Of a stretch of 27,616 nt of DNA, positions 16,634 to 24,782 are shown piece by piece (the first letter of the stretch is position 1; each line of letters opens with the position of its first letter). The position numbers and the translations under genes were made by a program. Location: the IMG/VR virus record IMGVR_UViG_3300029887_000004. One strand, written 5' to 3'. The notes below the pieces were generated by a model. It ran no database searches. It was not told the DNA's origin and saw only the letters and a list, made by a program, of their open reading frames with translations. The DNA is from a virus (taxonomy: Duplodnaviria > Heunggongvirae > Uroviricota > Caudoviricetes).

Positions 16634-17041
16634 CTATTTTACCTCCTGCGGATAATATTTTCCAGTTTCTCTGTTATAGTGATACAGAGTAACTTTGATT
16701 TTCTGTTCTCTGCACACATTAAGAACGGCAATGAGCGCAACCGTCAGACCTGTTACGTACAGGTTTAGTGTAAAAACGCCGCGGAGCTGTTCTGTTGCTT
16801 CTCTTTCCATTCCGGAGAGATCGAGCGGATCAAGTTCCGTTCCGAAAATAGATCCGTCAATTGCCTGTGGAATCTCGTGTCTACCTTCGCAGAGCGACAT
16901 GTAGACTTCAGTTACAGGAATCTGCGTCGGTTCTGCGTCCTGCTGATCATTCCATACTGGACATTCTTCTGCATAGAAACATCCCCAGCAATTATTACCA
17001 CACCGTGAACATGCGTATTCATATCTTTCTTTTCTTGCCAT
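16634..17041 (-). CDS. Cys-cluster N-terminus plus small alpha/beta domain, function unknown
   Basis: CSRCGNNCWGC....C; GRHEIP...LYVTGLTVAL...TLYHYNRETGKY. Confidence 0.75.
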   Translation of the reverse strand: MARKERYEYACSRCGNNCWGCFYAEECPVWNDQQDAEPTQIPVTEVYMSLCEGRHEIPQAIDGSIFGTELDPLDLSGMEREATEQLRGVFTLNLYVTGLTVALIAVLNVCREQKIKVTLYHYNRETGKYYPQEVK

Positions 17042-17140
17042 AATTTACCTTCTTTCTACCATTTTTGGCATGGTTGCCTTTTTATTTTTTGTAAAACCAT
17101 TGGGCGGAATTGCACCGCCCTTTTTCTATACTAATGGTCA

Positions 17141-17974
17141 TTATTTGAAATAATGTTTGATCACAATATTTGCAATCGTTACCGCAAGTCCGGAATAGTC
17201 ATATTCTACCTTGCCTGTTTTCTTGTTGCGTTTTGCCTTAACAAGTGTGTTCACCTGTCTTTTGCTGAAATCCACGTTGCCTGTTTTCTCGTCTACTGAA
17301 AACTTGTTAGTGAATCCTTTCACATAACAATCATTCAGTAGTTTCTTATCTTCTGCCGTAAGTTTTACACGGGTTTTTGTCGTGTACGGAGTTTCAAACG
17401 GCAGACTGAAAGTTTTCTTAATGATAGTTTCAAGTTCCGCGGAAGCCTTTTTATAGGCTTCCTTTACTTCATTGGACATAACAAGCGCGCCGTCATCACT
17501 TGCTTTAGAACTTACATGGATTGCCTCCAGTGCATTGTAGAGTTCTGGAGACTGGAAAGCCGGAATGATTGCGTACTTGATAAGCTTAGAGTTATCCCAG
17601 GTTGCCAAAATCCGCAATACAGTGCGCACTACGTCCTTGTCGTTTCCGAAATGATTTTCGTTTTTAACGCTCATTTCGGTTACTACCTGAGTATAGACTG
17701 GAAGTGTTTCTGCTGCATCTGTTTTCAGTTTTTCAAGTGCCTCCTTCAAATCATCGAGTTTCGCATTGAGCGCCTCCCGTTCCTTTTCTTTCTGATCCTC
17801 TGTTTTACTCTCTGCTTTTTCCAGATTAGAAATCTGTTTTTCAGTCCGTGAGATGTCATCCTTGCAAAGCTGAATGCTCATCTCAGTTCCTTCATGATTG
17901 ATAGCTACGTGCAGGTTTTTCACCTGCTCTACAGTTGCGGATTCGTTCAGAAAATTAATGTTTAAGTTCATCAT
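17141..17974 (-). CDS. hypothetical coiled-coil protein, first gene of the leftward array
   Basis: 277-aa ORF, K/E-rich helical N-terminal region, AGGAG upstream. Confidence 0.85.
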   Translation of the reverse strand: MMNLNINFLNESATVEQVKNLHVAINHEGTEMSIQLCKDDISRTEKQISNLEKAESKTEDQKEKEREALNAKLDDLKEALEKLKTDAAETLPVYTQVVTEMSVKNENHFGNDKDVVRTVLRILATWDNSKLIKYAIIPAFQSPELYNALEAIHVSSKASDDGALVMSNEVKEAYKKASAELETIIKKTFSLPFETPYTTKTRVKLTAEDKKLLNDCYVKGFTNKFSVDEKTGNVDFSKRQVNTLVKAKRNKKTGKVEYDYSGLAVTIANIVIKHYFK

Positions 17975-17989
17975 AATTGTTCCATTTCT

Positions 17990-18833
17990 CCTGTTTTACG
18001 CACAGGTGCATTATTTTTATTTTTTTAGTTTTTGTTTTAGGTGTGTTATTGCACACTATAAAAGGACAGACTGGTAGCGCTGCCACTTTATACTATGTAA
18101 TATTTATTTTCCGTAATGAAAGAGGCGCGGAAGTCATAAGCTAGGTGTTACCCTATACTGAGAACTAAGTGTCACCTTATTTCCTGCTCCCCCGCGCTTT
18201 TCATACGCTCTTATGTATTTTCCAGTGTTATAAGTATGGTTATGAATTACACCGGACAGCTTTTTTAAATTAGCTGAGCTGTTTTATTAAGGACTTTTTA
18301 AATCCGGTTGGTATCTTTCAAACGTTGTTGCTCTCCCACTGCCTAGAATATAGGACGCTTGAAAGACCCATTGCCAAGGGTGCTACCCTGTCCCGTATAT
18401 ACCTATAAATATATATACGTCTCGTTCCCGCCTTCAAAAAGGGGAGAGCTTGCAATGTTTCACACGGCATTACCGACCGTGCCGCCGCAAAGCGGTTATT
18501 TTCTCCCACTATGGGAGTTTGTATAGAGTAAATCCCCATAATATAATGCCGCTGGGTAACCTCTAGCAACCTATGCACTTTTTTGATCTTTAGTCGATCT
18601 TCTAGGAAGAACGGCTGTACTCAGTCCATGCATAGACTGTTTTTTTGTTCGGACTTTAAAAGTAGTGGACTTTTTGCACGATCTGTGCTAGAATCTAAGA
18701 ACGGTAAAGAACTTAGATTGCACTATGTGTGCAAAGCACTATGTGTGCAAAGGGGAAACCACAATTCCCATGCCCTTGTTGGGCTATGTAAAGATATGGG
18801 TTTGGTCTTGTAAAAGGTTTTGCCCTTATCTTT
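17990..18833 (-). ncRNA. putative long structured leader RNA (about 850 nt)
   Basis: Between consensus promoter and first gene; stems at 18047-18102, 18112-18207, 18310-18368, 18394-18419, 18463-18481; no credible ORF. Confidence 0.45.
18720..18751 (+). repeat. perfect 16-bp tandem duplication
   Basis: GCACTATGTGTGCAAA twice. Confidence 0.95.
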
Positions 18834-18839
18834 AATGCT

Positions 18840-18868
18840 ATTATAACCCTTTTATCGGGGTTTGTCAA
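18840..18868 (-). promoter_or_regulatory. perfect consensus sigmaA promoter (leftward)
   Basis: TTGACA (18868-18863), 17 bp, TATAAT (18845-18840). Confidence 0.9.
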
Positions 18869-18989
18869 CCCCTTTTTAGGATTTTTTAAAACTTTTTTGT
18901 CGGTCGGTGTCCGACATACAGAGGAAGAAACACCGCGAACGAAACGACCGTTCGCGTACCGTTTAGGCTATTACCCTTTCGGTAATTGT

Positions 18990-19062
18990 ATTATCTCATA
19001 AACATGCATAGATTGCAAGCGTTTTTTAGCTAAATTATACACAAAATATAAACATGCATAGA
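18990..19062 (-). promoter_or_regulatory. second leftward promoter with repeated putative operator
   Basis: TTGCAA, 17 bp, GATAAT (19018-18990); ATAAACATGCATAGA at 18998-19012 and 19048-19062. Confidence 0.6.
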
Positions 19063-19237
19063 ACTATTTTTAGTGCATATTGCTAGTTGATTAATTGTCA
19101 TTGTGTAATATATACAATAGATATAGCGTGAATAGTAGTATTATGCAGCATATTGACGAATAGTAATATTATACAATAGAACGTATAGTTTATTGTACAA
19201 AGTGACGAAAATAAAATAATTGAAAGAAGGTGTCATA

Positions 19238-19435
19238 TTGTCAGAAACCAATGAGTCACAACTAAAAGCTGTCAGAAAATATAACTCGCAATGTAAAAGT
19301 GTCGCAATACGCTACACTCCAAAAGAATTATCAGAGTTTGAAAGATTTGAAAGATATATTTCAGAAAATAGTGTGAATAAAGCCGAATATATCAAAAATT
19401 TAATAAAAGCAGATCTGGACAAAAAAGGGTATTGA
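19238..19435 (+). CDS. small ribbon-helix-helix-like regulator
   Basis: TTG start after GAAGGTG; SQLKAVRKYN...SVAIRY...NKAEYIKNLIKADL pattern. Confidence 0.6.
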   Translation: MSETNESQLKAVRKYNSQCKSVAIRYTPKELSEFERFERYISENSVNKAEYIKNLIKADLDKKGY

Positions 19436-19461
19436 TTGTAGAGCGCGCCGGAATAGAAGGT

Positions 19462-19517
19462 TGACTAATGGTCGGTTTAGAATGACTAATGGTCATATTT
19501 TTATGACTAATGGTCAT
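19462..19517 (+). repeat. three iteron-like repeats with 21-bp period
   Basis: TGACTAATGGTC at 19462, 19483, 19504. Confidence 0.9.
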
Positions 19518-19605
19518 ATTTAAGAAATTAGGAATGATTACTATTATTGAATTTATAGAAATGTGCGGTTTAGTACTGGTAAACTTTTTGTTTAGCATTG
19601 GTATA

Positions 19606-19645
19606 TGTGGAAATTGTGGATAACGTGGAAAACCATTGTGGATAA
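19606..19645 (-). promoter_or_regulatory. DnaA box cluster
   Basis: Perfect TTATCCACA (plus-strand TGTGGATAA) at 19615-19623 and 19637-19645; degenerate boxes at 19606 and 19624. Confidence 0.8.
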
Positions 19646-20333
19646 CTTGATAATAGTAATCATTACTATTTTCGATATGTAAAATTTTTACATATGACTT
19701 TACGTCACACTTTACTGCCTTTTTTCGCCTTGTCACCGGAGCAGAGCGCGCCATGGTCAAAAATTTTTATTTTACCAAACAATAGGAAAAATTTTATCTA
19801 TTGTCAAAATATTTTGAATTGTATTAGAATTGTGTTATGCCCTATAAAATACCTGTTTTTCGGGGTAAAATGACGTTGTGATCTGCTCATTGTCTAAATG
19901 TTCAGACGGGGGTAGTTAAAATCAGTAAATTATCTGAATTTTTTGAAATCTCACATAGCTGGTTCATCCACACACCAACTCCAAAATCCATCACTCCACC
20001 CAATCTCACCATTATCCCTATCTCACCACCCTCCCATTCCACCCATCCAAAAACAATCCCCATTTTGCCCAATAATCAAGCCAAAAATCCAATTATATTA
20101 CCCTAAAACACCTTATCGTACCCTTTATCGTTAACCCCAATAATCAAGCCTTAAAATCACTCTACCATTCATATTTCATTTCCAACTTTCACACATCCGT
20201 TCCAAAATAACCTATATAAATCCCAAACTCCAACGATAAGTATTTCACCACGCAAAAATTACTCTCTTCTACATTAACTTACTCATCACTCCTCCACAAT
20301 TCCATCCAACACCATCACAAATCATCCCTACTC

Positions 20334-20362
20334 TTGATCTAAGGACAAAACAGTATTATAAT
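20334..20362 (+). promoter_or_regulatory. sigmaA-like promoter
   Basis: TTGATC, 17 bp, TATAAT upstream of 20428. Confidence 0.65.
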
Positions 20363-20427
20363 CAATCTAGAATCCATTCAAACACATACGCCCTATAAAC
20401 TGTCCACCTACAAAAGAAAGAAGGAAA

Positions 20428-20949
20428 ATGATGTCATTTCGTGATGAATTGTCCAGCCTTACCCCAACACAGAAGCAGATCCAGGTCAAAGCAACATCTG
20501 AAGCACAAACAAATGCCAGACTTGATTATTCTGGTGTAAAAGATCTTTTACGCTCCAAAGCACAGCATAATGAGTACACAACTATAGGCAATCATAAATA
20601 TATCTCTTGCTATTATCCGGATTCCTATTCGGGCGAACCAGAAGCTGCAGAATATGTCAGACGAGTCTGTGAAACAAGAACAACCATGCATAGAAGAGGA
20701 TTATTTTCTGGACAAGTACAAGAAACATCATGCGTAATCTCTTATGTTATTACAAACCAATCTGCATATGATGAATATTTAAAAGAATTACAAAGACTCG
20801 CTGCAGAAGATGATATTCGTATATCTGTAGTAGGATATAATAAATTAGAAAAACGTACCGAAATATCAATTCCCTGTTGTCTCGGATCAACTTTACTGGC
20901 AAACAATTATATGTACAGAATCAAACTTAGTGTCAGTATCACATTTTAA
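20428..20949 (+). CDS. hypothetical protein
   Basis: 173-aa ORF with its own promoter, AAGGA RBS and downstream hairpin. Confidence 0.8.
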   Translation: MMSFRDELSSLTPTQKQIQVKATSEAQTNARLDYSGVKDLLRSKAQHNEYTTIGNHKYISCYYPDSYSGEPEAAEYVRRVCETRTTMHRRGLFSGQVQETSCVISYVITNQSAYDEYLKELQRLAAEDDIRISVVGYNKLEKRTEISIPCCLGSTLLANNYMYRIKLSVSITF

Positions 20950-20970
20950 ATAGGAAATAACTCAAATAAA

Positions 20971-21005
20971 ATAAGGGTAGATGACCATAAAATCACCTAC
21001 CCTAT
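20971..21005. terminator. terminator-like hairpin
   Basis: AGGGTAGATGA/TCACCTACCCT stem. Confidence 0.55.
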
Positions 21006-21305
21006 ACAAAAAGATACTTCTACAAGTTTTAAATCGATCTTATATCTATACCCTAACAACTATCCACCAAACACATCTAAATCCGTCCTAGAAAAATAAT
21101 CTCGCATACTCTCCCACGATCACACCTAAGAAATGATATGTACACTCTCCTATCAAATGTGTTATAGGGAGGGGTATTTAAAACCACAGTAGCAAAACAT
21201 CTTTGCCATTCAATACACTACATTCAAAAATCAAAAAATAAAATTTCCAATGAGAGAATAATATTTTGCAAAAGAAAAATTATATCTTAAAGGAGATTTT
21301 AAGCT

Positions 21306-22292
21306 ATGAATACATATTTAGTACCAACTACTGCAGCTTATTGTTATGAACCATACGATCATATCTTTATGGTATATGCAGAATCAGCCAAAGAAGCTTA
21401 CACAAATACTTACACTAAATTACAAGGACAAAATATTCCTCTAAAACAAGATTCGTATGAGTCTTATTCATGTGAATTATATTTACCAGAATATACCTCC
21501 ACAGATCCATTTCATGAATCCAGAAAATATGATATACTTAGAACAGCATTCAAAAATACGAAGGGGATGGAATATATGGCACACTTCAATGTAAATTGGA
21601 AGGATTATACAGATATGCTTGCCAGGAAAGCAAAAGAAGAAAATTGGTCAAACAAAACATATCCTAATAATGGAATTCTAACAAATTACCTGGTTCATAC
21701 ATATAAAAAGCTTAGAACGGATGGACAAATCATTTATAGAACAAATTATGCATTATTCAACACAGGATTGTTTACGAAATATTATGAGCCAATCTATGCT
21801 TATTCAAATTCAGAATATAATATCTCTTTCCTTACTGGACATGAATTAAATCAGCATGGAATATCAGAACGACCTCAGAAAGCAAACTATTTCAAAGATC
21901 CATCACTACTACTCTTCGATTGGCACTACCCTATAGACATTCATTTTAAGCATATTCTAGAAGATGAAAGAAATAAAGAACGTTTACCAGAAGGGTTTCT
22001 AGAAAAAGAAAATAAAATGTGTATTCTTACAGGTGCAGTTGAGTTAATGAAACGTAGAGTCTCAGCAAATTATAAATTAGCAATACCGCAATGTTATGAA
22101 GACAAAATCCAATTACTATTACCGTTGTGTCTAGATACCGATGAAGGAAAACCAAATCTAGCATTAGCTGTTACAAAATTAGATAATTGTTATCAAGGAT
22201 TCACTTGTCTAACATTAGATATGGCATATAATAATGCTAGATTAATTGCAAGTCCTGATATAGAATGGTTAACTGATACAGAAATAGAATAA
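21306..22292 (+). CDS. DUF3825 domain protein
   Basis: FNTGL, ANYF.DPS.L.FD, NYKLAIPQ.Y...IQLLLPLCL, TCLTLDMAYNNARLI motifs. Confidence 0.85.
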   Translation: MNTYLVPTTAAYCYEPYDHIFMVYAESAKEAYTNTYTKLQGQNIPLKQDSYESYSCELYLPEYTSTDPFHESRKYDILRTAFKNTKGMEYMAHFNVNWKDYTDMLARKAKEENWSNKTYPNNGILTNYLVHTYKKLRTDGQIIYRTNYALFNTGLFTKYYEPIYAYSNSEYNISFLTGHELNQHGISERPQKANYFKDPSLLLFDWHYPIDIHFKHILEDERNKERLPEGFLEKENKMCILTGAVELMKRRVSANYKLAIPQCYEDKIQLLLPLCLDTDEGKPNLALAVTKLDNCYQGFTCLTLDMAYNNARLIASPDIEWLTDTEIE

Positions 22293-22315
22293 AACAAAAT
22301 ACAAAAATAATTTTA

Positions 22316-22349
22316 ATAGCAGATGAGAGAAATCTTGTCTGCTATTTTT
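22316..22349 (+). terminator. intrinsic terminator with conserved tail
   Basis: ATAGCAGA/TCTGCTAT stem then TTTTATGTTCGAAAAT. Confidence 0.75.
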
Positions 22350-22457
22350 ATGTTCGAAAATAAAGATTAACAAAATCATAAAATTAAAAATGGTTCAAAT
22401 CAAAAAGAGAATAAATAAATATCAAAGAAAATAATAAATACAAAGGAGATATTTACT

Positions 22458-23291
22458 ATGAGCAATAATTTAAAACTGATCACAACAGAAAAATTTGGAG
22501 AACTAAACTGCAGCTTTTACAAAAATATGAATGACGACATTCTATTGACAAGAGAACAAATTGGACAAGCATTGGAATATAAAGATCCTTCTAAAGCAAT
22601 TCAAAAAATCCATTTGAAACATCAAGATCGTTTGGAATCATTATGCTTGAGGGTGAAGGATTCTACTTTCGATCACCCCCAATCTGGAGGTAGTCGAAAT
22701 AATTTAACTACAGAACGTGTTTACTATACAGAACGAGGTGTCATGGAAATCTGCCGTTGGTCCCATCAAAAGAAAGCTGACGAATTTATGGATTGGGTAT
22801 GGGACATCGTAGAAAGATATAGAAATAATACTCTTACATCTATAAATTTACAGCCAATTATTAAATCCCTTCAAACTCTTATTCAGGCTCAAAATGATAT
22901 GAATCAAGCAATTAGCTTGTTATATGATAGATATAATACTGATGTTGCACAGCTAAATGAACGGTTGACTACACTAGAAAACAAAATGTCTATACTGGAA
23001 ACATTACCAATTAAGAAAATGCCATATTGGGTAAGTGTTATGATGCCTAAATTTAAGCGAATTATGATGAAATATGGAATTGATGATTACAAAACATTAT
23101 ATAGAAAATTATTTGAAAAATTTGGAGAACAATATCCAGATAAGGATTTAAATCAGATGATAGATGACTATTGTCATAATAATAATCTAAAGAATTGTAT
23201 GACCATGGATGCACTAGCTTATGACAAAGAATACAGAAGTTTATTCGAAGAAATGGTTGATGCAATTCTGGATGAGAGAACAATTTTATAA
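22458..23291 (+). CDS. BRO-N domain protein (antirepressor-like)
   Basis: LTREQIGQALEY.DP..AI.KIH...YTERGVMEICRWS.Q.KA.EFMDWVWDI, then coiled coil. Confidence 0.85.
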   Translation: MSNNLKLITTEKFGELNCSFYKNMNDDILLTREQIGQALEYKDPSKAIQKIHLKHQDRLESLCLRVKDSTFDHPQSGGSRNNLTTERVYYTERGVMEICRWSHQKKADEFMDWVWDIVERYRNNTLTSINLQPIIKSLQTLIQAQNDMNQAISLLYDRYNTDVAQLNERLTTLENKMSILETLPIKKMPYWVSVMMPKFKRIMMKYGIDDYKTLYRKLFEKFGEQYPDKDLNQMIDDYCHNNNLKNCMTMDALAYDKEYRSLFEEMVDAILDERTIL

Positions 23292-23566
23292 AACTATTCA
23301 ATAATAAATGGAGAAAATATAGTAGGAACCACTCTTTTATTATTGGAATTGATCATTAAAAGTGGCTACGGTAGTTTTTGGTTACACGGTTGGATTGACA
23401 ATAGTGTGCCACGCTACCAACGATTCCGCTACTTCGCTTCGCTACGTTGCTCATCGTTCTGGCGACTGCAAGCAGCCACCAGTTAATGCAAAATGTATAA
23501 AGTATTCATTAACCAATTATAAACAGATTATAAAATAGAGCAATTTTTTGCTTATAAATACTGGGT

Positions 23567-23630
23567 GAAATGCGGGTACCATTTCTTCCCTATATATATT
23601 ATATATTAGGAACTTTTGGTACCCGTTTTC
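23567..23630. repeat. long imperfect inverted repeat with TA-rich centre
   Basis: GAAATGCGGGTACCA...TTCCCTATATATATTATATATTAGGAA...TGGTACCCGTTTTC. Confidence 0.8.
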
Positions 23631-23686
23631 GAGAGGAACTTTTCCCAGAAAAAATAAGGGAATTTTAAAGGAGGAAAAATCAAAAA

Positions 23687-24766
23687 ATGGAAAAAATGGT
23701 TGTAAAACAAGGGAAAATTAAAGAAATTGATCTCGTAAACAAGTATGCAAGCCCTGCTGTTAAGGAGTCGTACATCAAAAATGGTAAGCTTCTAACAAAG
23801 AACAAAAGGACTCTTTTGGAAAAAATGTCCAGATACTGTAAAATTGTTGATCTTGGTAAAAGAGAATATGAGATTACAGAAGTCTATCCATATATCTTAC
23901 CAGCTAATTTTAAGAAGATGAATGCTTCTCTATATCAATATATTGTTCCACTATTACTGGAAAAAATTATTAATGGACATGATCAGAATCGAAAAATTGA
24001 TATCACGCTTGGTAAATGGGCCAGAGAAATTAATATGGTTAATCAAAATTATAATCTCTGTAAATATAATAAAGAGGAAACTAGCAGAGCTATTAAATAC
24101 GAATTGGATACTATTAATGAATTTTATAATAAATCAGATGATATGATTGAGTATTATATTATGAATGCTCTGGATTATCTTAAATCTGCAGGTCTTATCA
24201 TCTGGCGTGATGTGTACAAGATCACTTCTGAAGTATCCGACGAGATGGTTGAAATCGATTCAGATGGAGTTGTTCATGCAAATATTAAATTGGAAACTAG
24301 AGAAGCGTCTAAAGAGGATATGGACTTTTATGCTGCTTGTATTAAGGTTGCTGATGAAAAAGCAAATATCACAAATGCATCAGAAAGATATTACAGCAAA
24401 AAATCACAACGATTTAATGAAGCCCTCAAAGATGAATTATATAAACGCAAAATCAAACTTGTCTATAAGTCATATGAAGCTTATTACATCGATCTTGACA
24501 AATGTAGTTTTGTTCTAAATCAATTCCCACATCAATCCAATATTATCAAAAAATTTAATGATACTTTCACAGAGATGATTATTGGCAATGCCCAAAAACG
24601 TTTTGATAAATCACCTCGAAAATATACGATCTATGAAAGTAAAGATGATTATTCCCTGTGTTTTAAGGGATTGTGCGAAATGACAATAAACAATGAAACT
24701 GAATATCTTGGGAAGAGAATTAATAAACGTAAAGTTGAAGATGAATACACGCTTCAAATTAATTAG
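23687..24766 (+). CDS. hypothetical protein, possible replication/DNA-binding protein
   Basis: 359-aa ORF with AAGGAGG RBS; ALDYLKSAGLI wHTH-like segment; function from context only. Confidence 0.6.
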   Translation: MEKMVVKQGKIKEIDLVNKYASPAVKESYIKNGKLLTKNKRTLLEKMSRYCKIVDLGKREYEITEVYPYILPANFKKMNASLYQYIVPLLLEKIINGHDQNRKIDITLGKWAREINMVNQNYNLCKYNKEETSRAIKYELDTINEFYNKSDDMIEYYIMNALDYLKSAGLIIWRDVYKITSEVSDEMVEIDSDGVVHANIKLETREASKEDMDFYAACIKVADEKANITNASERYYSKKSQRFNEALKDELYKRKIKLVYKSYEAYYIDLDKCSFVLNQFPHQSNIIKKFNDTFTEMIIGNAQKRFDKSPRKYTIYESKDDYSLCFKGLCEMTINNETEYLGKRINKRKVEDEYTLQIN

Positions 24767-24782
24767 CAAAGGAGATATAAAA

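Noticed and set aside
17095..17140. tRNA gene
   Set aside because: Only a T-arm-like hairpin; no anticodon arm or cloverleaf.
315..17851. Plus-strand ORFs in the track across the leftward array
   Set aside because: Antisense shadows of minus-strand genes that have good RBSs; atypical composition.
18318..18813. ORFs 18318-18578 (-) and 18583-18813 (+)
   Set aside because: No convincing RBS, atypical composition, and they lie in the hairpin-rich leader.
19462..19517. Mini CRISPR array
   Set aside because: 21-bp period with spacers under 10 bp is too short, and no cas genes are present.
19392..20134. ORFs 19392-19760 (-) and 19943-20134 (+)
   Set aside because: Translations simply mirror the DNA repeats, DnaA boxes and C-rich tract.
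23567..23630. Protelomerase target site
   Set aside because: The palindrome is imperfect at its centre and no protelomerase gene is in the window.
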